Positions 1 through 11,999 of a stretch of 64,000 nucleotides of DNA are shown piece by piece. A model generated the notes under the pieces. The model was not told the origin of the DNA. It did not search any database and worked only from the letters and a program-made list of their open reading frames with translations. Where the stretch lies: contig MU008159.1 of the NCBI GenBank assembly GCA_010909165.1, positions 1,550,001 to 1,614,000 on the forward strand, given 5' to 3'. This DNA is from Anthoceros angustus. Taxonomy: Eukaryota > Plantae > Anthocerotophyta. Numbering within the stretch: the stretch's first letter is position 1; each line of letters starts with the position of its first letter. The position numbers and the translations under genes are program-made.

Positions 1-276
1 CAGCCAGTACTGCTGGTACAAATCATCATCGGAGCTGGCCTCCGCCGCTGCTGCCGCCGCCGCCGCCGCCTTGGCCACGGGCTCCACTGCTCCGCTCTCA
101 AATCTGCTCAGCTCCACGCCGTCCCGGCCGCTGCTGCTGCTGCCGCTGCCGTTGTTGTTGCTGTTGTTGCTGTTGCTGTTGCTGTTGTTGTTGTTGACGC
201 TGCTGCCGCTGCCGGGCCTCATGCCCGAGGGCACGAATTCCTGAGCATTGGGATTGAGCCTGCGCAGAGACGCCAT
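1..276 (-). CDS. 5' part of a PAM2-motif (PABP-interacting) protein, CID7-like; runs off the window edge
   Basis: Manual minus-strand translation from ATG 276 gives MASLRRLNPNAQEFVPSG...(N/S-rich)...ASSDDDLYQQYWL. LNPNAQEFVP is a PAM2 motif, and SDDDLYQQYW resembles the CID7 SDEEARQFW(SHQLPDD) block. Not in the ORF track. Confidence 0.75.
   Translation of the reverse strand, partial: MASLRRLNPNAQEFVPSGMRPGSGSSVNNNNSNSNSNNSNNNGSGSSSSGRDGVELSRFESGAVEPVAKAAAAAAAAAEASSDDDLYQQYWL
130..212. repeat. (CTG/TTG)n trinucleotide repeat inside the CID7-like CDS, read as Asn/Ser/Gly
   Basis: Direct inspection. Confidence 0.85.
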
Positions 277-838
277 TGCCGCCGGCGCAGCACAGCGCTG
301 CGCTCGCAGCGGTGCGGGCAAATCCAGGCCGCAGAGAAGCTCCAGGCAGCTGCCGCTCGCAGCCCCGCCGCCCGCGCGCTGCGGTCGTGAACCCGGGCCG
401 GGTCGGGTCCCCAACCCTACCGTGTGCGCGCTGGATGCTGCTTTCGCGATGGGAGCTGCTGTAGCTTGCTCCTCTTGTTGCAGCCACTCCTGGCTCGCTC
501 CGTTCCTGTTGGCGCAAGCCACCAGCTGCCGTGCGGCGATCGCATCATCATGCCTTCATCTCTTACGTCCATCCCGCAACATAAACCTGGCTTTTATAAC
601 CCACCTTTTAACCTGCCCATGTCACCCAAAGTAAGTTTCCACTAGGTCAGTCCCTCGGTACTATGTAGATGTATCTCATATTTCTGCCAGAAGCAAAACT
701 TCCAGCCACACTCTCGGGAATTGCAAGTTTGCCTTCCAGATCGATACTTGAGACGGACGACGGACGACGGACGACGGAAGACGCACACTGCTTTCCGTTT
801 CCTTCAGGAACAGGTGAAGCCGATTCCAGAAGCCGGCT

Positions 839-1625
839 ATGGCGAGTGTTGCATCCGTGCTTCCCCCTTTGCTCCTTCCCGGGCCTGGGGGGTCGGAGGG
901 TCGGGCTGAGCCGCGGATGCTCTTGTCCTTTCGATCTATCGGGTCGGGGTCGGGGTCGGGGTCGGGGTCGTGGGTGGGGCGGAGGCAGGAGAGGCCTGGC
1001 TCCAGGGGCGCCTCGGTTCTGGTCAGGAGCTTTGAGGTTTCAGGGCCCGGGTCTGTGGACTCTCCTCTCATCTCCTCCATGAAGCTCAAGGTGCTGACCG
1101 TTGCTTTGTTTCTGTTCAGCCGTCTGGATTGGTGATGCGCAGTCCTGGAAAGGGATGTGAGTTGTCTGTACATGTGCAGCTCAATTGTTGTTGTGTGGGT
1201 GGTGCAGATTCAGCAGCAATTGAGCACCGATCATGTGATTGTGAGGGATGAGCGTGGAGATGGTCGGCATGTCAGGTGGGGAGTGGAGTTGAGTGCCTTG
1301 CTTGCCTGTAGGTTGGGTTGCTGCTTAGGGTTGTTTTGGTCTTTATGAAGATGTGCATTGTTCCTTCTCTGCTCTGTGGAGAAATGGGCAACCAGAGGGA
1401 GGGAGGTTGCCATGAGAAGAGGTTGTGATATACTTGGTGGCTTGTGCATGTATTGTATGCAGCATTCATGTTGTTGCAGCGGCTTTTGAAGGGCAAAGTC
1501 GTGTGAACAGGCAACGAATGGTTTATAAGGCAATTTGGGAGGAGTTGCAAGGAGTTGTACATGCTGTGGACCAGCTTACAACGAAAACGCCCGCTGAAGC
1601 TGGCAAAGGCACATTGTCACCGTGA
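839..1625 (+). CDS. BOLA4: BolA-family protein BOLA4 (organellar); exons 839-1090, 1208-1275, 1463-1625
   Basis: Spliced product ...[11 protein letters not shown]|[23 protein letters not shown]|[43 protein letters not shown]; GT-AG introns with consistent phases. Confidence 0.92.
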
Positions 1626-1937
1626 GGTCTACAACTCACTCTCCCTCGTGGGCTGCTGAGGCTCTTGCGCTCTTTTTCCCAGGGAGAAGTGCTAGCGGAT
1701 CTGAGCTGAACGAACTCAATCTTCAGCAAATCAACCTGGGCCAGTGGTGACGAAGCATCCGTGTCCCTCATGGCAGACACTCCTCCGTCCTCCAATACAC
1801 GAGCACTTAGTGAGGAACCGGAAGCCCTTACTTTTCCTGGAAACTCCGCTCACTCCATGTACATGTACTTTCGAGTACCGCATCGACAGAAATAGTTTTT
1901 TTTTAATTTTTGCGTAAGACGATATTCTCAAAAATTA

Positions 1938-2664
1938 TGACCGACGATATATCCTATGAGTAACACCCCTCAACGGGGTGGGGAAAACCACGCAGTTAGA
2001 AGCAAATTAGGGTAATAAATCAACACCAGACACAGCACTAGGCCTCCAAGTAGCCCGCCCTCCTCTTCTAGGAGGACTCGCAGACAACACTCTTGCCGCT
2101 GCTCTTTATTCTTAGATCACGAGTCAACAAGAACATATAGAGCTGGAGGGCTAGAGAGAACTCCCCATCTTTGCCTAAGCTAGGAGCTTAGCTCTCTCTT
2201 CACTTGACCTCCTCCACAAAGCTCCTTCACAAGACTCCTTCCGTGCTTACAGCCCAAGCAACAAGTGCTCTCAAGGCATAGCCCAAGCATCAAGTGCTCT
2301 CAAGGCGCAACCCAAGCAACAAGTGCTCTCAAGGTTGAACTAAACTGTCCTTTAGCCCAGGGCGAGGTCTCCTTTATACTCAAGCCCTAGCTACAATCTT
2401 AGTAACTACTTACTTAAGCTTTAAGCTATTATTTACTACCACACTTCCTAGGGCTGCATGCTTAACATGCTCTTAGTAAGCTGCTCTTCTAAACATGCCT
2501 CTGCATGGAGCTTTCTTGCAAAGCACTCAAGCCAGCTTTGTTACTCTATGCATAATTATACACATCTTATGAATTACCTAATTTTAAATTAATTTTTATT
2601 TTACCTAATGGCTTACCCCCAACGAAATCATTCATTAGCCGGGGGGCGCCTAGTCGCTATATCA
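1938..2664 (-). mobile_element. Possible solo LTR remnant
   Basis: TGA...TCA ends, a reverse TATAAA box near 2373 and three internal 29-bp repeats (2250-2335); no clean TSD. Confidence 0.3.
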
Positions 2665-2822
2665 TTTACTGTACCTAATGAATTTGATAGTCTTTCGAAA
2701 AGGTATGAATGTCTATATCCATGATAAGGCATGAATGTATATCCAGCTAGGCAGTCAAAATATTATATTATATAATATTTTCGTCAATATTTATATATGT
2801 TAGTTTAATATAATATGTGGAC

Positions 2823-2823
<1 letters not shown>

Positions 2824-2857
<34 letters not shown>

Positions 2858-2858
2858 T
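2824..2858. repeat. (TTTA)n microsatellite
   Basis: Direct inspection. Confidence 0.9.
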
Positions 2859-3346
2859 GTACTTAAACATTTACATGTCGCAGTGGCTCGTTCGGCTCCC
2901 TGTAGAGCAAGCCTATTTCAAACTAAAATTAAACCTAAAAAAAGTTAGAACTCAACTAACATGATTCACTTAAGATAATCCCTCATCAAGTAGGTATCAC
3001 CAAACACCTTTGGATTTGGCATAATCTCAAGGTTTGTAAACCTATTCTTGATAAAATCGTGTGCATAATATGCCTATTTATAGAGCTGTGTTGAATGTTT
3101 TCATCTTTTCTAAAAGAACCTTTAATCACGATTTAGAGACTCCTTCCATTTAGCCCTTTACACATGCAAAAGAGCAAAGTCTCATCTCTCAATTAGGGAG
3201 GGTGGATTGTATGTATACATTGATTGATTGATAAAGAGTTTGGTACAGAGTGCATGTCTCGCACTAGGGAAATCAACATGCCCTATGAGAATAGGACAAA
3301 ACATAGTAACCTAAACTAAGTAAAAATCACGTTAATGTAGAGCGAA

Positions 3347-3525
3347 AGTAGATATAGAGAATTAAAAAGAGATAATTGGATTGACAACCATTAGACATGA
3401 AGAGAGAAAGTAGATGTAAAGGATTAAAAAGAGATGATTGGATTGATAACCATTAGATGTGAAGAGACAAAGTAGATATAGAGAATTAAAAAGAGATAAT
3501 TGGATGGACAACCATTAGACATGAA
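3347..3525. repeat. ~62-bp tandem repeat x3
   Basis: AGTAGATATAGAGAATTAAAAAGAGATAATTGGATTGACAACCATTAGACATGAAG units. Confidence 0.85.
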
Positions 3526-3549
3526 GGGCGTTCGGATCGTTGAAATGTT

Positions 3550-3790
3550 ACGGCTGAGTGTTATGCCAGAGGTGTTTCGTTTGAATGCTAGGCCCTAGAT
3601 GTTGCGGCTGAGTGTTATGCCCTAGGTGTTGCGGTGATCTTTGGGCCCTAGATGTTGATTCGATGTTATGCCTAGATGTTGCGGTTGAGTGTTATGCCCT
3701 AGGTGTTGCGGTGAATGCTAGGCCCTAGATGTTGCGGTGAGTGTTATGCCTAGGTGTTGCGGCCGTTGCTAGGCCCTAGATGTTTGCGAT
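3550..3790. repeat. Minisatellite of ~25-30-bp units (CCCTAGATGTTGCGG.TGAGTGTTATG)
   Basis: Direct inspection. Confidence 0.8.
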
Positions 3791-5238
3791 TGATTGATGG
3801 TTAGGTTGATTGTGTGATTGTTGTGAGCTCTATTACATGTTCGTGAGTCCATTTTCATCTCTGATTCTTTGCTTATACGCTTTTCGGTTGGGCTTCTTTA
3901 CTCTGAGGATCTCCCGGCTTTTAGTCTTGATTCTGGTGTGGGCGTTAGTTTGGTGGTTGGCGGTGGTCACATGGGTTGCACCCCTCTTGGCTGGGGCCCT
4001 TTGGCGGCCTTTTGGGGTTCGCCATACAGACTCAAACTCTGTATGTCCGGTCCAGTGGGGTCATTTGCCCTCGGTCCCGGTACCTCTTGACCTGTTACCC
4101 TTCAAGCTCGTTTGCAGGCCCTTTTCGCCCCCATCCAATGGGCGATCCACACCTCGTGTCGAGGACACTCCTTGTCGATCATGCTCAACTCTCTGCGTCA
4201 AGGGGTGAAAACTCACCTCGGGCACATGCATAAAGATTTCGACCCGGACTACAGGCTGCCCAAGTGCACGCCGCGACCTCCTCCACGTCCTGCCCGGCCG
4301 GCGCCTGATGGCTTTCTCCTTGTGGTGCCTCTTTTCTTCCACAGGAATGGTTGCGGTCGGTGGATCACATCCTTGGGATGTTGAAACCCGCTTTCCATGT
4401 CGCGTATCTTCATGAGCTTCCTCGGCACCTTCACGATGATGCCGTCGGCATTTCGTCTTCCCTAGATCGCCTTGCACTCGATCCGGGATGAGTTAGCTTG
4501 GTGTCTCCTCCTTCTTCTCCCCGATGGTGTCTTGATTGCACTAGGGGGCACACCGCGTGAAGTTGCTAGCCGTCTTGGCGTTTAATGGTGGCGGCTCTTG
4601 AGGAGGAGGCATGCGTCTTTGCCAAGTCCGGGCGGAATCTGCTCGGCCGTTGGAGCAGTGCAGGGTAATGCAACAAACCTACGCTGGCGCAAGTTGCTTG
4701 GCGGGTGAATATGCCATGTTGCTAGGGCTCTTGACCGTCCCTCGGCCTCCGCTTGAAGAGACAATTGCGCCCTCGTGCCTCCATCAGCCACCTAAGGATG
4801 CCATTCCCCGGACATATCCGACTATGTCCCGGAGGATCCTTCTCCATGGACGGCTTTTGCTTTGGCTCTCTCCACAACCCCTCGTCTTTCATCGGTTTTG
4901 GAATGGTGTTGAACACCTTAGGGACCTCTTTCTCCCAGAAGATCCATCTAGCGGCTTTCCACAACTCTTTTCTCAGGCTGCGGTGGCTCGTGGAGAGATG
5001 CCTCACCGGTTTTTGTTCTTGCGGCTAGTAGGCTTGTCGCTATGGACAAGCACTAACTCAGGCGTCGCCCACTCGCGGTTGGGAGGCCTTCATGCGGCTA
5101 CTCGGCACTTTTCTCTCTGATGCGCTCCCTTCTCCGGTGACACTTCAACCCCTTCAATTTGGCATTGCCACTCAGGAACTGCGAGTCTATGGTGCTAGGG
5201 GTGAAAGCTTGCCTTCATACCCACCCGGATTGGGTAGT

Positions 5239-6706
5239 TGTGGAGTGCCAAAACCGATGTCCGCACTCCTGGCGACTGGTTTTAGGCTTGTTTTGTTTTT
5301 GGTCGTTCTTGTTAAGGGGATAGGGAGGTTAGCCAATAAGTAGTTTTGGCGGATTGCATGAGTGCAATCCTAACCATGGGTCCGTTGGGCGCGAACAGGT
5401 CCGTCGGAGTGGTGGGTCGAGGTCCGACGGAGTGGTCCGGTCGAGGTCCGGCGAGTGGTCCGGTCGAGGTCCACGGAGTGGTGGCCGAGGTCCGACGGAG
5501 TGGTCCGGTCGAGGTCCGACGGGTGGTCGGTCGGTCCGACGGAGTGGTCCGGCCGAGGTCCGACGGGTGGTGGGTCGGTCCGGGTGGTCGGTCGGTCCGA
5601 CGGAGTCCGGCCGGCGTTCGGCGGAGTGAGTCCGCCGAGCGGCGTTCGACGGAGTGAGTCCGCCGAGCGGCGGCGACGGAGTGAGTCCGCCGAGCGGCGT
5701 TCGGCGGTCGATCCGTGGCGGTTACCATGATCGAGGTTAAGGTACATACATAGGTGGTAGATTAGGGTGTTGGGGATATAAAGGAGGCGGCGTGCGAGGG
5801 GACTATCCCGGTACCATCTTCGCGCTCCGTGTGCTCTTGCCTTGGTGCTCGAGGAGCGGAGTGCGCCTCGTCACCGGGATTAATTGGTGGTAGAGGATGT
5901 GTTTAGAGCTACGGTGACGAGCTCGTAACACGCTTGATGGGTGCGGTGGGACTGAGCTCGGGAGGTGCTCGCGGGTGATTTCTCGGGTGCGAGACTAACC
6001 TTGGAGGCTCTTGGAGCGGAGGCTGTGGGGATGCAGTGCGAAGCCACTTCTCCATGAGCGTGAAGCGGTAGGAGGGATTAGGAGGCGCTTGGGGCGACTG
6101 GGCGGAAGCCATCCTTGGAGGCTCTTGGAGCGGAGGTGGGGATGCAGTGCGAAGCCACTTCTCCGAGCGTGAAGCGGTAGGAGGATTAGGAGGCGCTGGG
6201 GTGACTGTGGCGGAAGCCATCCTTGGAGGCTGCTGGAGCGGAGGCTGTGGGGTTCGCAGCTACTTCTCATGAGCGTGAAGCGTAGGAAGGGGCAAAGGTG
6301 GCTGGTGTGAATACATCGGCGTGTTGGTGTTGTGACTACTAGGCGGAATGGATAAGGGAGAAGGGTCGTGTTCACGGTGTGTGTGTTGAGGTGGAGTTGT
6401 GGCGGACGAGTTGAGGGCTGAGGCGCTAGATCTGTGGGCCCAGCGAGAAGGCAGCGTCGTTAAACACATTCGGTATCTGGAAATCAGGCGGGGTTGTGGG
6501 AAGGTCAGGTGGTGCAGCGCCTGGTCCCGAGTTGTGGAGGGCACACACTTAGGGTTGTGGAGCCGCCGGACCCAACTGATGAAGTCAGATTCGGGCGATA
6601 GTTTGTAAAACTCGAGCGAATAAGCACGAGACCATTCCCTTGGGAGCGGACTTCTTCCTACAACGACAGGATTGTGCGCGGTGGCCATCGGCAAAGTCGC
6701 GCCACG
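5239..6706 (+). mobile_element. Solo LTR (~1.47 kb) inserted into the RT coding region
   Basis: Imperfect terminal inverted repeats TGTGGAGTGCCAAAACCGATG / CATCGGCAAAGTCGCGCCAC; near-perfect 5-bp TSD GTAGT/ATAGT; TATAAA at ~5777; internal tandem repeats; removing it rejoins HPDWVV to VDV. Confidence 0.75.
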
Positions 6707-9700
6707 ATAGTCTTACGGTGGATGTCGAGCGCCTTCAATACCATTTCCGGGCGTCATCTTTGAGGAGCTTAGGGATCTTTGGCGGCGTCCTAGAGTCTTA
6801 TACCCTTTGTCCGGTGCTTCTCGGAGGTCCTCCAACCTCTACTACCGGCTGAAACGTCTCTTGAGTTTCGCCGTCTCGTCTTGGAATCGGCCACGTGCAA
6901 GGCGACCGCTGGCGGTGCTCTCTTCGCTATTGCTCACTATAGGGCCTGTCTGGGCCGCCCTCTCCATGTGTCTTCCTTCGTTGGCGGGGCGATTCTCACA
7001 TCCTCGGGCACAGGGACAAAGTCAAGGAGGCCTTTGAGATATTCTCTTGAGCTTTCGTTGGTGGGCTTGAAGGTCAAGATGTCCAAGTGCAGCGTGGTCC
7101 GTCGGGATCACTACTGCGGTTTCTGGGGAGATTGCTCGGCTCTTGATGCAGTTCTTGGGGTCCCCTTTGGTTCCCCGACTTCATTGGGAGCTTCTGGACA
7201 AGGCCCTTGCAGGACCTCTCCCATATTGAAGACCTCCCTTTCTTTGGAGGATGCTCGGGTGGCCTTTGGAATCCTTTCCTTCTGCTTTGCTAGGCGCCTG
7301 GTACCTCATCCGTCTGTTGCCTCGTCTCGGTCCTTTGTCCGGCTCGGGGTTTGATCTGAAGATTATGGATACTCTTGGGGACATCTTGGGCTCGGGGCTT
7401 TTGAGTGCCACAGGCGGGCAGCCAGCAAGCATCCACACTGTGCAATTTGGGCGTGGGGCTCTCATCGAGGTCTCTTCCGGCGGCTTTCTTGGGGAGTTGG
7501 GCCCTCTCTTGCCTTGGCTTCCGTTTCATCCTCCATGACAAGCCCTTTCTCGAGGATCTCGTATCAAGTGTGGAGGAGGAACCTTCTCTCTCAATCGTCC
7601 TTGAGGCGGGCCGGAGACATGTTATCGGATGCTCGGAAGGACTTCCCTCCTTTCTCTACATTTATCACCGATGGCTTTAGGGATTGCGAGGCATCTACGC
7701 TCGGCGGCTCGGCCGAGCTTTTGATCATCCTCCGGGACCCCTCCATCTCCGGGTCCACTAGGCGGCTCGCTCTTGTTACAGGAAGGGCGGTGCTTAGCTC
7801 TTGGCCCGCCCATGCATACGGGATTTCACATCGCACCAACCACCTTCACTCTGCGATGCGATTCCGTCTCGGCCTACTCCGGCTGTGGCTTCTTCGCTCC
7901 TCACTTGTGAGTGCGGCGCTTAGCGACTGGGCGGAAGCCATCCTTGGAGGCTTTGGAGCGGAGGTTTGTGGGGATGCAGTGCGAAGCTTCTCCATGAGCG
8001 TGAAGCGGTAGAGGATTAGGGCGCTTGGGGTGACTGTGGAAGCCATCCTTGGAGCTCTTGGAGCGGAGGCCGTAAGCGCAGTGCAAGCTACTTCTCCATG
8101 AGCGTGAAGCGGTAGGAAGGGGCAAAGGTGGCTGGTGTGAATACATGGGCGTGTTGGTGTTGTGACTACTAGGCGGAATGGATAAGGAGAAGGGTCGTGT
8201 TACGCTGCGGTGTGTTGAGGTGGAGTTGTGCATTGAAGTTGAGGAGCGTGGCTAGAGTGAGGCGAACCTGGCCGTTAAACAGCGTCGTTGCAATCTTGGA
8301 GAACCGGGGTTGTGGGAAGGTCAGGTGGTGCGCCTCAGTCCGACGAGTTGTGGAGGGCACACACTTAGGGTTGTGGAGCCGCCGACTCAACCCGTTACGA
8401 AGTCGTCGGGCGATACTCTCGAGCGAATAAGCACGAGACCATTCCCTTGGAGCGGACTTCTTCCACAACGACAGGATTGTGCGCGCTCAGCCATCGGCAA
8501 AGTCGCGCCACGAGTCTTGCTGTGGATGTCGAGAACGCCTTCAATACCATTTCGAGCGTCATCTTTGAGGAGCTTAGGGATGTCAAGGCCCTAGGAGTCT
8601 TATACCCTTTGTCCGCTTCACGGAGGTCCTCCAACCTCTACTACCAAAGACAAGAACGCCTCTTCGTGTTTCTCGCCTGCCTTGAATCGGCCACAGTACT
8701 GTGTGCAAGGCGACCGCTGGCGGTGCTCTCTTCGCTATTGCTCACTATAGGGCCTGTAGGGCCGCCTCCGCTGACGTGTCTTCCCTTCGCTGGCACGATT
8801 CTCACATCCTCGGGCACAGGGACAAAGTCAAGGAGGCCTTTGAGATATTCTCTTCCGAGCTGTTGGTGGCTTGAAGGTCAAGATGTCCAAGTGCGTGCGT
8901 CGCTGGGATCCCGCCTACTCGCAGCTTCCTCTGGGGAGATTGCTCGGCTCTTGGTCTCATGGATTCTTGGGGTCCCCTTTGGTTCCCCGACTTCATTGGG
9001 AGCTTCTGGACAAGGCCCTGCAGGACCTCCCATATTGAAGACCTCCTTTCTTTGGAGGATGCTCGGGTGGCCTTTGGAATCCTTTCCTTCTGCTTTGCTA
9101 GGCGCCACAGGTACCTCATCCGAGCCGCCTCCTCCGGCCTTTTGTCCGGCTCGGGGTTTGATCTGAAGATTATGGATACTCTTGGGGACATCTTGGGCTC
9201 GGGGCTTTTGAGTGCCTGGGCGACTGCTCACCGGGCAAGCATCCCCGCCTGCACAATTTGGAGGCGAGGACTGCCTCATCGAGGTCTCTTCCCGGCTTTC
9301 TTGGGGAGTTGGGCCCTCTCTTGCCTTGGCTTCCTGCTTCATCCTCCATGACAAGCCCTTTCTCGAGGATCTCGTATCAAGTGTGGAGGAGGAACCTTCT
9401 CTCTCAATCGTCCTTGAGGCGGGCCGGAGACATGTTATCGCAGATGCCTAAGGACTTCCCTCCTTTCTCTACATTTATCATCGATGGCTTTAGGGATTGC
9501 GCATCTCGCCGAGAAGCGCCGGCTTTTCCCCGTCCTCCAGACCCTCCATCTCCGGGTCCACTAGGCGGCTCCGCTCTTGTTCGGAAGGGAGCAGCTACCG
9601 CCCGCCCATGCATACGGGATTTCACATCGCACCAACCACCTTCACTCTGCGATGCGATTCCGTCTCGGCCTACTCCGGCTGTGGCTTCTTCGCCTCACTT

Positions 9701-9712
9701 GTGAGTGCGGCT
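6085..9712 (+). repeat. ~1.8-kb tandem duplication (3' half of the LTR plus RT segment); copies ~6085-7915 and ~7916-9712
   Basis: Colinear near-identical sequence; the two copies carry different small indels. Confidence 0.85.
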
Positions 9713-10748
9713 CTGCTCTTGGCGTCTCGGTGTCCACCTTGCTCGTTGTCCCCACGGGTCATCGATTGCCACCACGACGCCATCCGTGACGCCATGTTTG
9801 CCATTGCTCGCGAAAGTGGCTATATGGCCCGGAGGGAGCGGAGTATACTCTTCTTCTGTGTCGCTCAATCGTATGACTTATACCTTGTCGTGGCGACGAG
9901 GTTGTGGTGGCGGATGTAGTGGTTATCGACCGCACGCGTGACGCCACCTCAGTCATCACCAACCGCCCAGCCGGCTGCCGCCGCTCTCAAGGTCCGCAAG
10001 TATAGGGATGCAAGCGGGCCACCTCTTTATCCGCTTGCTCTAAAGCGTATGGGGCAATGGTGAGGACTTTGACAAATTCATCAAGTCTTGTGCCAAAGCT
10101 TACCATGCGAGGCATAGTGTGTCCTCTCAGATTTTCACAAAGATACTCCGACTGGGTTTCTATTGCTCTTCAACGGCGCCTCAACGGCGATTCTCCATAA
10201 AGGCGGCGGCGGTGGGTGATGCCTTTCCTCTTCCTCCGTGGTTTGCGGGCCGTTTATTCTACCCGCATATGACATTGTGGAGTGCGATTGGTCACTTTAG
10301 GTAGGGAGCTCAGTTGCTCCTCTTCACTCCGACCCCCGGGTCCCCATTTGTTGTCCCTTCCTAGATGGTCTCTTTCCATCGTTCTTTCACCTCAATAAAT
10401 CATCTCTTCGGATCGTTTCTCCCTCTGATGCACTGTCACCAAGTTGTTCCCGTGCCTCTGGCTCCTGCCGAGTACTTCCCTTGCTGTCGGCTCCCACTTG
10501 CACTCCTTAGACAATATATGGCTGATCCTGCTCAACTTATGAGTACTGAGCACAATCACACTATGTTCAAACTACGTCCTAGTTCAACCCTGCAAGATAT
10601 TAGCACTGTACTCCCCGCGATCAATTCCTAGTCTTGGATGGTCTATTGACACTATGAGGTTTTTATCAGTTCTATTTTTCCCAATACATTGTAGTGAGAA
10701 TCCATAAAAGATAAAAAAAGGAAGTGCTCTCACGCCTTTGAACTCACA

Positions 10749-11129
10749 CTAGGGAATCCAGCGTGCCCAAAAACGGTATACAACCTCGGATCTAAATGTT
10801 GAATGTGGATTTAGACCCTGAAAGTCTTGCACGAGGGAATCTGATGCATTCCAAACATGAACCTCAACTACTCGTGTGGAAATAACCTCCTCAATATCTT
10901 GTGTAGAAATAACATTATCTACTTGTGTAGACGGAGAGCGTTGAGCCTCATCTAATGGTCCTCTGCAAAGAGGACATGTAGTACGAGTACAACCAGCCCA
11001 AATAGTAATGCAATGTGTGTGAAATTGATGATTGCAAGCCGATACTTGTGTAACGCTGTTAGTTTCCATGTGAGAAAGACAAATGCTACAAACTTTCCGA
11101 TTTCCCTCGGTCTTGTTATCTTCAGCCAT
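10749..11129 (-). CDS. Small intronless RING-H2 (C3H2C3) zinc-finger protein, 126 aa
   Basis: CSIC...CNHQFHTHC...W...CPLCR; first ATG at 11129. Confidence 0.7.
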   Translation of the reverse strand: MAEDNKTEGNRKVCSICLSHMETNSVTQVSACNHQFHTHCITIWAGCTRTTCPLCRGPLDEAQRSPSTQVDNVISTQDIEEVISTRVVEVHVWNASDSLVQDFQGLNPHSTFRSEVVYRFWARWIP

Positions 11130-11999
11130 ATTCTTAATTGATTCCAACTACTTTATAATAATTATAAAAGAATAAATATATGTACCACTATAGGTTAGAT
11201 ATTTAATAGGAAAAAACACGCTTGTGCCTATTCATGTTTGGTGTAGAACTTACGTGCCTGCTACAAAAAATGCTTGAATACAAGGAACAATTCAACTTTT
11301 TATACTACTGAGAAAATATTTCTTAATTGAAAAGCTACCATCTTATGGAGGTGTGAACATCTAGCAAATTCTAATCTCATGAAATTATTAGTTATTAATT
11401 AATTTTTTTAAAAAATAAATTAACTTAGTAATCACCAATCAGCTTAATTCCTTTTCAATGGTTTCCATTTCAAGTTCATGGTAAACTTTATTCTCCTATG
11501 CGTTCGCTAACAATGTTTGTTACTTTCTTTCTCAACTAGGAAAAAGATTTTCATCCTCAAACCAGTAACTAACATATTGAGTATCATTTGTACTTTCTAC
11601 TTTTTGTTCTCATGTACTTCCTTTTATATTTTTTTGTTAATTTCTACTTCTACTAAGAAGAAGCTCCATATTTTCAATGCAGGTAATTAGCACATTGAGT
11701 ATTACCAAGTACCTTTTACCATGAAATTATAAGTTGATCAAGAGTTTGTATTGATGTAAGATTTTATGATTTAACAGACTCCGCGCAATATCGGCGGATT
11801 CTTGAAAGCCTCTTTTGCGCTTTGGGCGGAGGTTGCCACCCCTTTCTCATATCATGCAAAACACGTGTTTTAAAAGAGATGTCTTGAATGGCGAGTTCCA
11901 CTTAGAACAATGTAAGTAATATCGAGGTTTTTCCATGTATGCACACTTTTGTTTTCGGTCGCGGTCGTCGCACCTTCCAGACTTACTGGGAAAGGCGAG

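Larger units (their letters stand above)
4050..10340 (+). mobile_element. Frameshifted CRE-like non-LTR retrotransposon (RT, CCHC-type finger, restriction-like endonuclease); ends approximate
   Basis: Motifs read across frameshifts: ASRLVAMDK..GVRPLAVG (~5020-5090), PLQFGIA, HPDWVV|L.VDVENAFNTIS, GGALFAIAH, DxxHILG, LGVPFGSP, AMRFRLGL, C.CG...HLARCPHG...HDAIRD, DVVVID, K.RKY...FYPLA (~9990-10045). Confidence 0.8.

Noticed and set aside
98-517. PolyQ ORF (139 aa)
   Set aside because: Alternative frame of the PAM2 gene's trinucleotide repeat.
5312-6375. Arg/Pro/Thr-rich ORFs
   Set aside because: Translations of the solo LTR's internal tandem repeats.
10689-10696. TTGTAGTG, a possible CACTA terminus
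   Set aside because: No partner terminus or 3-bp TSD found.
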